A stretch of DNA of 43,330 nt, taken from an uncultured Ectothiorhodospiraceae bacterium. Its GTDB lineage: Bacteria > Pseudomonadota > Gammaproteobacteria > CAYQDX01. The stretch lies in NCBI GenBank assembly GCA_964416345.1, contig CAYQDX010000002.1, positions 1-43,330 of the forward strand, read 5' to 3'. Shown here in pieces: positions 24,462 to 33,797 of this stretch. Under the pieces are notes generated by a model. It was not told where the DNA came from and searched no databases. It was given only the letters and a program-made list of their open reading frames with translations. A program made the translations under genes and the position numbers. Positions within the stretch are counted from its first letter, which is position 1, and every line of letters begins with the position of its first letter.

Positions 24462-26228
24462 ATGTCCCTGGGGCGGCTGGTCCGGTGGAGGACGCTGCTC
24501 CTGGGAGTCGTGTGTGCCGCCGCGCCGGCGTCGGGCCCCACGGCCGAGTCCGCGCAGCCGGCCCGGCCGAGTCCCGTATTCATCGACGTGGCCAAGGATG
24601 CGGGCATCGACTTCATCTACTTCAACGGCATGACGGGGGAATTCTATTTCCCCGAGAGCATGGGCGCCGGCGTGGCATTGCTCGACTATGACAACGATGG
24701 CGATCTGGACGTTTATTTGTGCCAGGGTCATCTGCTCGGTAAGGGCAAGACTCTCAAGGACGCCCTCTTTCCGCCGCGTGCGGGTGAGGCCATGGGCGGG
24801 CGTCTGTACCGCAATGACCTCACCGTGGACGGCAACGGCAACCCAATCCTGCGTTTTAGCGATGTTACCGCGACCAGCGGCATCGAGGCCAACGGCTATG
24901 GCATGGGCGTCGCTGCCGGCGACATCGACAACGATGGCTATGTCGACCTGTACCTGACCAACTTCGGCCATAACCAGCTGTGGCACAACGATGGCGACGG
25001 CAGCTTCACCGAAATCACCCGGACGGCGGGGGTGGACGACGAGCGCTGGAGCGTCAGCGCCGCGTTTCTGGACTACGACCGCGACGGCTGGCTCGATCTC
25101 TACGTGGGCAACTACGTCAACTTCACCCTGGGCAACCACAAGAAATGCTACGCACCCAGCAGCGCCCGGGACTACTGCTCGCCGCTCGCATATCAGGGGC
25201 TGCCCGACCGTCTGTTCCACAACCGGGGCGACGGCACCTTCGAAGATGTCTCGGCACGCTCGCGCGTCGGCACCGAGACGAGAAACGGTCTGGGGGCGGT
25301 GGTCGCGGATCTCAACGGCGATGGCTGGCCGGATATTTACGTGGCTGACGACGGCCAGCCCAATCAGCTGTGGATGAGCCAGCAGGATGGAACCTTCCGC
25401 AACGACGCGGTGCTGGCGGGTGTGGCCGTTGACATGAACGGCAACGCCCAGGCCAGCATGGGTGTGGACGCCGCCGACTTCGACGGCGACGGCGACGAGG
25501 ATCTATTCCTGACCCACCTGTTGGGCGAGACGAACACCATTTACGTCAACGACGGCCAAGGTTGGTTCGAGGATCGGTCTCTCGTCACAGGGCTGGCTGC
25601 TCCGAGCAAGGGTCTCACGGCTTTCGGCACGGCCTGGATCGACTATGACAACGACGGCCTGCTGGACCTGTTCACCGCCAACGGGGAGGTCAAGAGTATC
25701 GCAGCCCGGATCGCGGCCGGATCCAAGTTCCCGCTGGAGCAGCCCAACCAGCTGTTTCGTAACCTGGGCAACGGGCATTTCGCGGACGTGAGCACATCGG
25801 CTGGTGAGGTGCTCCAGCGTCTGGAGGTCAGCCGCGGTGCCGCAGTCGGCGACATTGACAACGATGGCGATTGCGACATTCTGATGCTCAACAACAACGG
25901 TCCGGCCCGCCTGCTGCTCAATCGTGTCGGCCGGCGCAATCACTGGCTGGGGCTGGATCTGCGCGCCCCCAGTGGGCGGCCGGCCCTCGGCGCGCGAGTG
26001 GAGGTGCTGCGAGGCCCTGTCAAGCCCCTGTGGCGCAGGGCACGGGCGGACGGCAGCTACGCCTCCGCCAATGATCCCCGGGTGTTGATTGGACTGGGCG
26101 ACGGCCATGGCCTGCAGACGGTTCGTGTGCACTGGCCTCTGGGCAAGGTCGAAGAGTGGTCCGATCTGGCGGTGAATCGCTACCACTTGCTGAATGAAGG
26201 CGCCGGCCGGGCGGTGGACACGAAATGA
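24462..26228 (+). CDS. CRTAC1-like FG-GAP/VCBS repeat protein with ASPIC/UnbV C-terminal domain
   Basis: From ORF 24231..26228. The start is uncertain: ATG 24462 (MSLGRLVRWRTLLLGVVCAAAPASG) or ATG 24417. The protein has repeated DYDNDGDLDVYL, DIDNDGYVDLYL, DYDRDGWLDLYV, DLNGDGWPDIYV, DFDGDGDEDLFL, DYDNDGLLDLF and DIDNDGDCDILM loops. The UnbV_ASPIC-like end reads GARVEVL...RADGSYASANDPRVLIGLG. Confidence 0.8.
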   Translation: MSLGRLVRWRTLLLGVVCAAAPASGPTAESAQPARPSPVFIDVAKDAGIDFIYFNGMTGEFYFPESMGAGVALLDYDNDGDLDVYLCQGHLLGKGKTLKDALFPPRAGEAMGGRLYRNDLTVDGNGNPILRFSDVTATSGIEANGYGMGVAAGDIDNDGYVDLYLTNFGHNQLWHNDGDGSFTEITRTAGVDDERWSVSAAFLDYDRDGWLDLYVGNYVNFTLGNHKKCYAPSSARDYCSPLAYQGLPDRLFHNRGDGTFEDVSARSRVGTETRNGLGAVVADLNGDGWPDIYVADDGQPNQLWMSQQDGTFRNDAVLAGVAVDMNGNAQASMGVDAADFDGDGDEDLFLTHLLGETNTIYVNDGQGWFEDRSLVTGLAAPSKGLTAFGTAWIDYDNDGLLDLFTANGEVKSIAARIAAGSKFPLEQPNQLFRNLGNGHFADVSTSAGEVLQRLEVSRGAAVGDIDNDGDCDILMLNNNGPARLLLNRVGRRNHWLGLDLRAPSGRPALGARVEVLRGPVKPLWRRARADGSYASANDPRVLIGLGDGHGLQTVRVHWPLGKVEEWSDLAVNRYHLLNEGAGRAVDTK

Positions 26229-27868
26229 GCCGCCCTTCGCCCCACCCGTGGACCTCGGCGCCGCTGCTGGTCTTTGTGTGCGCCGCGCAGATTGCCGCAG
26301 CCGCGGTGACGCAGGGCCAGGTCACCCGCCGGCTGCTGCCAATTCCCGATCTTCCCGACGCGCAGCTTTCCCGCTTGGAGCCCGTCATTCAGCGGCACAT
26401 CCGGCGCACCATGGAGCGCTTGCACAGTGAGGCCCGGGACCCGTCGCTCACGCGCGCCCAGCGGGCAACGGCCTACGGCGAGGCGGGTCGGGTGCTGCAG
26501 GCCTATCACCAGCTGGATGCTGCCGAGCCATGCTATCGCAACGCCGCGCTGTTGGCGCCCCAGGATTTTCGCTGGCCGTATTATTTGGGCTACGTCTACC
26601 AAATCAAGCCAGCCCTTGAGCAGGCGGTTGCGAGCTACGAGCGGGCCCTGGCGCTGCGTCCCCAGGACCAGGTCACCAAGCTGCGCCTGGCCCAGGCTTA
26701 TAGGGATCTCAACCAGCTGGATCGGGCTTGGAGCCTGCTCAAGGAGCTCTCCGCTCCGGAGCTGCGAGCCGCGACCCTGCTCGGGCTGGGCCGCATCGCC
26801 CTGGCGCGGCGCGATTACCGGGCCGCGGTCGAGGACTTGACGGCAGCCTCCAAGGCCGACCCTGCGGCGGGAATCATTCATTACCCCCTGGCCATGGCCT
26901 ACCGTGGCCTGGGACAGATGGACAAGGCTCTGGAGCAGGTGGCCAAGCGCGGGGAGGGGGAGCCGGCGATTCCCGATCCTGTGATCGATGGCCTGGAAGC
27001 GTTGGTGGTGGGCGTCCGTGTCAACCTGGAGCGGGCCTACGACGCGGTGCAGCTGGACCACTACGACGAAGCCGCCGAGGCCTACGGCAAAGCCGTGGCG
27101 CTGGATCCCAGCAGTGCGGCCAATCGGGTGAGCTATGCCCGGGCGTTACACCTGGCCGGCCGCAGACCGGAAGCCACGAGGCAGTTGAAGGAGGCGCTGC
27201 GTCTGGATGCGGACAACATGGACGGGAACTTCTTCCTGGGCGTGATCGAGGAGGAGGAGGGCGACGACCAGGCCGCCATGGTCCACTATCGCAAGACCCT
27301 CGCGCTGGACCCGGCCCACGCCCAGGCCCAATACTATCTGGCAAACGCTCTCATGCGGGCCGGCCGCTACGCCGAAGCGCTCCCCCATTACCGCGTGGTG
27401 CTCAGATACGTGCCACAGAATATGTTCGCCCGCCTGATGGAGGCGCTGGCCATGTGGCGCACCGGCGCACCGGATCGGGAAGTACTGGTCCGTCTGGAAG
27501 AAGCCCGGGCGATCAATCCGGACTACGCCGACTTCGCGGTCGCAATCGCCAGGCTGCGCGCGACCAGTGCAGATCCGGCAGTGCGGGATGCCGACAAGGC
27601 ATTGGCGCTGGGCCAGGAGCTGTATGCTCATTTGCGCACGCCCGACTTTGCCGCCGTAGTTGCAATGGCCTACGCCGCTCTAGGTCGCTTCGAGCAGGCG
27701 GTGGCACTCCAGAAGGAAGGTATATTTCTGGCGCTGAAACTTGCCCGGCCCGAGTTGGTCTCCGCGTTGAGCAAAGACCTGGCGCACTACCGCACCCATC
27801 AGCCCAGAGAGAAGCCGTGGGACCTCGACGACGCGGTGTTTCGGCCGGTGCGGCTCAAGGGCTCTTAG
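26225..27868 (+). CDS. TPR repeat protein (secreted/periplasmic)
   Basis: An ATGA start/stop overlap joins it to the upstream CRTAC1-like gene. The N-terminus is hydrophobic (APLLVFVCAAQIAAAAV). It carries many 34-aa TPR-like units (AEPCYRNAALLAPQD, AVASYERALALRPQD, AAEAYGKAVALDPSS, AMVHYRKTLALDPAH). Confidence 0.8.
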   Translation: MSRPSPHPWTSAPLLVFVCAAQIAAAAVTQGQVTRRLLPIPDLPDAQLSRLEPVIQRHIRRTMERLHSEARDPSLTRAQRATAYGEAGRVLQAYHQLDAAEPCYRNAALLAPQDFRWPYYLGYVYQIKPALEQAVASYERALALRPQDQVTKLRLAQAYRDLNQLDRAWSLLKELSAPELRAATLLGLGRIALARRDYRAAVEDLTAASKADPAAGIIHYPLAMAYRGLGQMDKALEQVAKRGEGEPAIPDPVIDGLEALVVGVRVNLERAYDAVQLDHYDEAAEAYGKAVALDPSSAANRVSYARALHLAGRRPEATRQLKEALRLDADNMDGNFFLGVIEEEEGDDQAAMVHYRKTLALDPAHAQAQYYLANALMRAGRYAEALPHYRVVLRYVPQNMFARLMEALAMWRTGAPDREVLVRLEEARAINPDYADFAVAIARLRATSADPAVRDADKALALGQELYAHLRTPDFAAVVAMAYAALGRFEQAVALQKEGIFLALKLARPELVSALSKDLAHYRTHQPREKPWDLDDAVFRPVRLKGS

Positions 27869-28394
27869 TGGGGCCTCGCGCCTTGCGCCGCGCGCGGCGG
27901 GCACGCCAATCCCGCAGGACGATATAGCGCCAGAGCATGCGAATCAGGAAATTCCCCAGCGCTGCGCTGGCTACGCCGACGATGAAGCATCCCAGCAGCA
28001 GCGGCGCCCAGATGTCGCCGAGCTCCGACATCAGCCAATGCACCGATAGCTGGAATTCGAAATGTGTGGCCCTGGCGCCCAACAGCACCGTGCCGAGCTT
28101 GTAAGCGGCATAAAACATCGGTGGAATAGTCAGCGGGTTGGTGAGCCACACCAATGCCACGGAGATAGGCAAGTTGACCCGCAGTAGAATGGCTGCAGCG
28201 GCCGCATAGACCATCTGAAACGGTAAGGGAACGAAGGCGAAGAACAGGCCGACTGAGAATGCGCCGGCGACGGAGCGTCGATTGAAATGCCATAGGTTGG
28301 GGTCATGCAGCAGCTGCCCGAACAGCCGCAGGTGCTGGTGGCTGCGTATCTGCTCGTGGTTCGGCAAAAGACGCCTGATATACCGCCTGGGCAT
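27855..28394 (-). CDS. DUF2062 family membrane protein
   Basis: From ORF 27855..28742, trimmed to the ATG at 28394. MPRRYIRRLLPNHEQIRSHQHLRLFGQLLHDPNLWHFNRRSVAGAFSVGLFFAFVP is the typical DUF2062 N-terminus. Its position divergent from comEC is a common arrangement. Confidence 0.75.
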   Translation of the reverse strand: MPRRYIRRLLPNHEQIRSHQHLRLFGQLLHDPNLWHFNRRSVAGAFSVGLFFAFVPLPFQMVYAAAAAILLRVNLPISVALVWLTNPLTIPPMFYAAYKLGTVLLGARATHFEFQLSVHWLMSELGDIWAPLLLGCFIVGVASAALGNFLIRMLWRYIVLRDWRARRARRKARGPTKSP

Positions 28395-28459
28395 GCCTGC
28401 GTGGTCGTTCGCGAGCCGTGTAGGATGTTCATTATCCACGAATCGCGGGTTGCTTACAG

Positions 28460-30766
28460 ATGCGTTTAGGGACGATCGCGTTTCTCCTTGGTGACTTGCT
28501 GGTGCAGCGACTCGCGGCCCTGCCCAACTCCCTGCTGCTCCTCCCTCTGCTTGCGCTGGCCGTGCCGGTCTGGCGCCGACCGCGGCTGCGACTCCTGCTG
28601 TGGCTGAGCGCGGGTGCGGCCTGGGCGGTGCTGCACGGCTGGCACACCCTGGGCCACGGGCTGGCGCCGGCGCTGGAGGGGGCGGATGTGAGCCTGGTGG
28701 GATGCGTCGCTTCCCTGCCGGAGCACCAGCCCAACCGGACACGGTTCCTGCTGGAAGTACGGCAGATGTGGCACGATGAGATGCCCGTCTCCTCCCCTGG
28801 CAGGGTGCGCCTGAGCTGGTATGGGGAGCGTCCGCGGCTGGTGGCGGGACAGTGCTGGCGTCTGCAGGCTCGGCTCAAACGTCCCCACGGCTTCATGAAT
28901 CCGGGCGGCTTCGACTACGAGGCGTGGCTGTTCAGCCAAGGCATACGCGCCACCGGCTACGTGAGGCGCGGGCAGGAAGCCCGCCGGGTCGCGGACGCCG
29001 GCCTCCTGCCCCTCGTGGATGCCCTGAGACAACGGCTTGCGGAGCACCTCCGCCGACTCCTGGAGCGCAACGCCCAGGCGGGCCTGGTGGCGGCGTTGAC
29101 CATCGGCGATCGCCAGGACATTTCCCGCCGCCAGTGGGAGGTACTGCTACGCACTGGCACGAATCACCTGGTCGCCATCTCGGGCCTGCACGTGGGGATG
29201 GTCGCTGCGCTGGGCTTTCTGCTCGGGCGCCGACTATGGTCCTGGCTACCCGGGCTATGCCTGCATTGGCCCGCACCCAAGGCGGGCGCCGTCGTGGGAC
29301 TGGGTGCCGCGGCTGCCTACGCCGCCCTCGCGGGGTTCAGCGTGCCCACCCAGCGCGCCCTGGTGATGGTGGCGGTGTTTGCCGGCAGCGTGCTGTTGCA
29401 GCGGGCCGCTAGACCTTCTGCGAGTCTGGCGGTTGCGCTCCTGTTGGTGCTCGTCCTGGACCCCATGGCGGTGGCCGCGGCAGGCTTCTGGCTATCCTTC
29501 GCCGCGGTTGCCCTCATCCTCTACGGCATGCACGGACGGATCGGGGCGGAGGGCGACTGGTGGCAGTGGGGACGCGTGCAATGGCTGGTTGCGCTCGGCC
29601 TGTTGCCGGTGATCCTGGCTTTGTTCCAGCGCTGCTCCGTGGTGGGGCCGTTGGCCAACTTGATCGCCGTGCCCTGGGTGGGACTGGTCGTGGCTCCGAC
29701 GGCGCTTGCGGGAGCGCTGCTGCTGCCCTTGGTGCCATCCCTGGGCGATATACTGCTGCTCGCCGCGGCGCAGGGACTCGGTGGGCTGTGGAGCTTGTTG
29801 CAATGGCTCTCGGCACAGCCCTACGCCAGTATTTCCCTGCCCATGCCGCCGGGCTGGGCCGTGGCGAGCGGGCTCCTGGGCGTGGCCATGCTGGTCGCGC
29901 CACGTGGGCTCCCGGGGCGCTGGCTGGGTGCCGTCTGGATGCTGCCTCTGCTGCTGGCGCGCCCGCCGGCGCCACCCTGGGGCGAGGCGTGGCTCACCGT
30001 CCTGGACGTTGGGCAGGGACTCTCGGCCGTGCTGCGCACTTCGGAGCATACGCTGGTCTACGATACGGGACCCAGCTACGGAGGCCGCTTCGACGCCGGT
30101 GACGCCGCCCTACTGCCCTTTCTCCGGCAACAGGGTGTGGTCCGAGTGGATACCGTGGTCGTCAGTCATGCGGACTCGGACCACAGCGGAGGTCTGGCCT
30201 CGCTGCTGGCGGGACTGCCGGTGAGACGGGTGCTCAGCTCCGCGCCGGATGCGCTGGCCTGGGCCAGGCCGGAGCGCTGCCAGGCCGGCCAGCACTGGCA
30301 CTGGGACGGCGTGGAGCTGCGCATGCTGCATCCGCCGCGGCGGGCATCGTGCCAGGGCAACCAGTGCTCCTGCGTGCTGGCGGTGCGCACCCGCAGGGGC
30401 GGGCGGGTGCTGCTGCCTGGCGACATCGGCGGCGAGGCCGAACGTGACCTGGCACGGACCCAGCCCGCGGCCCTGCGCGCCGAGCTGCTGGTGGCGCCGC
30501 ACCACGGTAGCGCGACGTCTTCGGGCAGCGAATTCGTCGCCGCGGTGGCACCACGCGTCGTGGCCTACGCGGTGGGCTACAGAAATCGATTCGGCTTTCC
30601 CGACCCGGCGGTGGTCGCGCGCTATGCGGCGCTGAGCAGCGAGGCCTATGACACCGCCAGCAGTGGTGCCATTACCTTCAGGATCCGTGGCGTCGACGAG
30701 GTCGCACCGCCCCAGCGCTGGCGCCTCGTGCAACGACGCTACTGGCAGTTCCGGCGCGAGTTCTGA
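28460..30766 (+). CDS. comEC: DNA internalization-related competence protein ComEC/Rec2
   Basis: 768 aa with a polytopic membrane core (TGTNHLVAISGLHVG) and a C-terminal metallo-beta-lactamase domain (VLDVGQGLS, VVSHADSDHSGG, VAPHHGS). Confidence 0.9.
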   Translation: MRLGTIAFLLGDLLVQRLAALPNSLLLLPLLALAVPVWRRPRLRLLLWLSAGAAWAVLHGWHTLGHGLAPALEGADVSLVGCVASLPEHQPNRTRFLLEVRQMWHDEMPVSSPGRVRLSWYGERPRLVAGQCWRLQARLKRPHGFMNPGGFDYEAWLFSQGIRATGYVRRGQEARRVADAGLLPLVDALRQRLAEHLRRLLERNAQAGLVAALTIGDRQDISRRQWEVLLRTGTNHLVAISGLHVGMVAALGFLLGRRLWSWLPGLCLHWPAPKAGAVVGLGAAAAYAALAGFSVPTQRALVMVAVFAGSVLLQRAARPSASLAVALLLVLVLDPMAVAAAGFWLSFAAVALILYGMHGRIGAEGDWWQWGRVQWLVALGLLPVILALFQRCSVVGPLANLIAVPWVGLVVAPTALAGALLLPLVPSLGDILLLAAAQGLGGLWSLLQWLSAQPYASISLPMPPGWAVASGLLGVAMLVAPRGLPGRWLGAVWMLPLLLARPPAPPWGEAWLTVLDVGQGLSAVLRTSEHTLVYDTGPSYGGRFDAGDAALLPFLRQQGVVRVDTVVVSHADSDHSGGLASLLAGLPVRRVLSSAPDALAWARPERCQAGQHWHWDGVELRMLHPPRRASCQGNQCSCVLAVRTRRGGRVLLPGDIGGEAERDLARTQPAALRAELLVAPHHGSATSSGSEFVAAVAPRVVAYAVGYRNRFGFPDPAVVARYAALSSEAYDTASSGAITFRIRGVDEVAPPQRWRLVQRRYWQFRREF

Positions 30767-30865
30767 CCGGAGGAAGGATGGAGTATCATTGGTCCCCTTT
30801 GGCAGCGTTGGGCTCACCGTATCGGCGCAGGTCCTGCGCCCGGGCCCTAAACCGGGGATTGGAAG

Positions 30866-31501
30866 GTGTGGGAGATCGTTAAGTCCGGCGGTTGGCTGAT
30901 GTTGCCGATCATGCTCTGCTCGGTGGTGGCCTCGGGCATCATCGTCGAGCGGCTATGGTCATTGCAGCGAAGGCGGGTGGCACCCCGCGGCCTGGTCAAT
31001 CAGGTCTGGCAATGGGCCAGGGCCCGCCAGCTGACCGAGGCACGCGTCAACGAGCTACGCAGGAGCTCACCCCTGGGACGCGTGCTCGCGGCGGGCCTGG
31101 TGAACCTGCGTCACAGCCGCGCGGTCATGCAGGAGAGCATTGAGGACACCGGTCGCCACGTGGTGCTGGAGCTGGAGCGCTTCCTCAATACCCTAGGCAC
31201 CATCGCCGCCATTGCTCCCCTGCTGGGCCTGCTCGGCACCGTGTTCGGCATGATTCAGGTCTTCTATGCCATCAAGGACGTGGGCGTGGGACACTATAAT
31301 GTGCTGGCCGGTGGCATCGCCCAGGCCCTGATCACGACGGCAGCCGGATTGCTGGTGGCTATTCCCAGCCTCATGTTCTACCGCTATTTCCGTGGGCGGG
31401 TCGACGAGCTGGTGGTGGCCATGGAGCAGGAGGCGCGTGCCATGGTGGAAGTACTTCATGGCGAGCGCGAGCGCGAGCGCGACGACAGGACGAGGGGCTA
31501 G
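30866..31501 (+). CDS. exbB: MotA/TolQ/ExbB proton-channel family protein
   Basis: GTG start. (M)WEIVKSGGWLMLPIMLCSVVA... and LGTIAAIAPLLGLLGTVFGMI..ALITTAAGL are canonical ExbB/TolQ motifs. Confidence 0.9.
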   Translation: MWEIVKSGGWLMLPIMLCSVVASGIIVERLWSLQRRRVAPRGLVNQVWQWARARQLTEARVNELRRSSPLGRVLAAGLVNLRHSRAVMQESIEDTGRHVVLELERFLNTLGTIAAIAPLLGLLGTVFGMIQVFYAIKDVGVGHYNVLAGGIAQALITTAAGLLVAIPSLMFYRYFRGRVDELVVAMEQEARAMVEVLHGERERERDDRTRG

Positions 31502-31504
31502 CCC

Positions 31505-31930
31505 ATGAACCTAAGGCGGCGCCAGCGCGAGGACCCCGAAGTCAATCTCACCTCGTTGATCGACGTGGTGTTTCTGCTGCTCATCTTCTTCATGGTGACG
31601 ACCACCTTCAACCGCGACAACGCCCTGGAGGTCGATCTGCCTGAGGCCAGTGGAGTCCCCGTGCCTGACCAGAAATCGGTGGAGATCACCATCGATGCCG
31701 CGGGTGAGTACTATGTCAATCGGCAGCAGCTCATCAATACCCAGATCGAAACCCTGAAGCGAGCCTTGCGGAAGGTGGCAGGGGACGATTCCGAGACCGG
31801 GGTGATCATCAGCGCCGATGGCCGCACCCCGCATCAGGCGGTGGTGACCGCCATGGATGCGGCCGGGCAGCTGGGCTTCGTGCATCTGAGCATCGTGACC
31901 CGGGAGCCGCCCAATGACAGTGCAAACTAA
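31505..31930 (+). CDS. exbD: ExbD/TolR family biopolymer transport protein
   Basis: EVNLTSLIDVVFLLLIFFMVTTTF is the ExbD/TolR TM signature. It starts 3 nt after the exbB stop. Confidence 0.9.
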   Translation: MNLRRRQREDPEVNLTSLIDVVFLLLIFFMVTTTFNRDNALEVDLPEASGVPVPDQKSVEITIDAAGEYYVNRQQLINTQIETLKRALRKVAGDDSETGVIISADGRTPHQAVVTAMDAAGQLGFVHLSIVTREPPNDSAN

Positions 31931-31939
31931 CCTGGCGCC

Positions 31940-33772
31940 GTGCCGGCCGGAGCCGCGAGGACTTCGGAGCTGAGCAGGACTGCGGGCGCGATCGTCTATC
32001 GACGTCTGTTGGGCTACGTGCGCGCGCATGCGCGCGAGCTGGGCGCCGCGGCGCTGGCCATGGTGGTCTACGCAGCCACGGACACGGGCTTCGCCGCGCT
32101 GATGAAGCCGATGCTGGACGGCAGCTTCGTCGCCAAGGACCACGACGTCATCCGGCTCATTCCACTGGCGCTCATCGGCTTGTTCCTGATTCGAGGCATC
32201 GCCGGATTTGTCTCGACCTACGGCATGACCTGGGTGGGACGCAGCGTCATCCGGGCCCTGCGCGAGCAGCTCTTCAGTCAAATGCTCCGGCTGCCCATGG
32301 GCTTCTTCGAAAGCACCACCTCGGGTCAGCTTATCGCCAAGCTGACCTATGACGTGGAGCAGGTGGCCCAGGCCGCCACGGATGCATTGACCACCATCGT
32401 CCGGGACACCCTTACGGTGCTCGGGCTGCTGGCCTGGATGTTCTACCTCAATGGCTGGCTGGCGCTGGTGTTTCTGGTGGTCGGGCCTTTCATCGCGGCG
32501 CTGATGCGGCTGGTCGGCCTGCGCTTCCGGCGCCTGAGTGTGGGCATTCAGGACTCCATCGGGGATGTGGCCCATGTGGCCGAAGAGGTCGTGGAAGGCC
32601 AGCGGGTCGTCAAGACCTTCGGGGGCGACGCCTACGAGCGGGAGCGCTTCCGCCGCGCCAACGATGCCAACCGGCGGCTGCAGATGAAGCTCAGCGCCAC
32701 CGCCGCGCTCAGTGTGCCGGTGGTCCAGCTCGTCGCTGCCTGCGCCCTGGCGGGTATCGTGTACCTGGCGACTCTGCAGCCCATGCTGGAGCGCGTCACC
32801 GTCGGCACGTTCATGTCTTTCATCGTCGCCATGATGATGCTGCTCGCGCCCATCAAGCGGCTCACCGCCGTGAACAATACGCTGCAGAAGGGCATCGCCG
32901 CCGCCCAGAGCGTCTTTGTGGTGCTGGACGAGCGGCCGGAGCCTGACACCGGCAGCCATACCCTGACCCGCGCCCGCGGGGAGATCCGCTTCGAGGACGT
33001 CTCGTTCGCCTACAGCCCCGCCGGAGGGTCGGTGCTGCGGCATATCGACCTGGACATCGCGCCGGGTGAGACCGTGGCGCTGGTCGGCCGCTCGGGTAGC
33101 GGCAAATCCACACTGGTGAGCCTGCTGCCGCGCTTCTATGAGGTGCAGAGCGGCCGCATCAGGCTGGACGGCACCGAGCTGAAAGAGCTGACCTTGTCCA
33201 GCCTGCGAGAGCAGATTGCCTTGGTCGGCCAGCACGTGACCCTGTTTAATGACACCATCGCCTGTAACATCGCCTATGGGCGTCTGGGCGGCAAGGCCGG
33301 AGAGGCCGAGATCATCGCCGCCGCCGAGGCGGCCCACGCCATGGAGTTCATTCGGGAGCTTCCGCAGGGCCTGCAGACCCTGGTCGGCGCGAACGGCGTG
33401 CGGCTCTCCGGCGGCCAGCGGCAGCGCCTGGCGATCGCCCGCGCGCTGCTCAAGAATGCGCCGGTGCTCATCCTCGACGAGGCCACCTCCGCGTTGGACA
33501 CCGAGTCGGAGCGCTATATCCAGGCGGCGCTGGAGCCCCTAATGCACGGCCGCACGACGCTGGTGATCGCCCACCGCCTGTCGACCGTGGAGCGTGCGGA
33601 GCGCATCGTGGTGCTGGATGCCGGACGCATCGTCGAGAGCGGCACCCACGCCAAGCTGCTCAGCCGCGGCGGCCTCTACGCCAGCCTGCACCGGATGCAG
33701 TTTCAGGCGGAAGCCGGCTCCGAGGTGGCGGCAGGTAGCGGCCGAGGGCATACTGAGGCACGCGCTGGTTGA
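31940..33772 (+). CDS. msbA: Lipid A export ABC transporter permease/ATP-binding protein MsbA
   Basis: GTG start. Six-TM ABC exporter domain followed by Walker A GRSGSGKST, signature LSGGQRQR and Walker B ILILDEATSALD. The context with lpxK supports the call. Confidence 0.9.
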   Translation: MPAGAARTSELSRTAGAIVYRRLLGYVRAHARELGAAALAMVVYAATDTGFAALMKPMLDGSFVAKDHDVIRLIPLALIGLFLIRGIAGFVSTYGMTWVGRSVIRALREQLFSQMLRLPMGFFESTTSGQLIAKLTYDVEQVAQAATDALTTIVRDTLTVLGLLAWMFYLNGWLALVFLVVGPFIAALMRLVGLRFRRLSVGIQDSIGDVAHVAEEVVEGQRVVKTFGGDAYERERFRRANDANRRLQMKLSATAALSVPVVQLVAACALAGIVYLATLQPMLERVTVGTFMSFIVAMMMLLAPIKRLTAVNNTLQKGIAAAQSVFVVLDERPEPDTGSHTLTRARGEIRFEDVSFAYSPAGGSVLRHIDLDIAPGETVALVGRSGSGKSTLVSLLPRFYEVQSGRIRLDGTELKELTLSSLREQIALVGQHVTLFNDTIACNIAYGRLGGKAGEAEIIAAAEAAHAMEFIRELPQGLQTLVGANGVRLSGGQRQRLAIARALLKNAPVLILDEATSALDTESERYIQAALEPLMHGRTTLVIAHRLSTVERAERIVVLDAGRIVESGTHAKLLSRGGLYASLHRMQFQAEAGSEVAAGSGRGHTEARAG

Positions 33773-33797
33773 TACAATCGCGGGCGAGCCCGCACCT

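Noticed and set aside
27855-27868. 14-nt overlap of the convergent 3' ends of the TPR gene and the DUF2062 gene
   Set aside because: It is real in the sequence but common in compact genomes, with no associated structure. I do not consider it informative.
30778-30882. 34-codon ORF with a GGAGGAAGG SD-like sequence between comEC and exbB
   Set aside because: The SD-to-ATG spacing is very short and the product (MEYHWSPLAALGSPYRRRSCARALNRGLEGVGDR) is unremarkable. It overlaps the exbB start out of frame. The sequence alone cannot support it.
31511-33337. 608-aa minus-strand ORF antisense to exbD and msbA
   Set aside because: msbA and exbD have unmistakable ABC and ExbD motifs on the plus strand. 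The antisense product is His/Arg/Gly/Asp-rich low complexity with no recognisable family.
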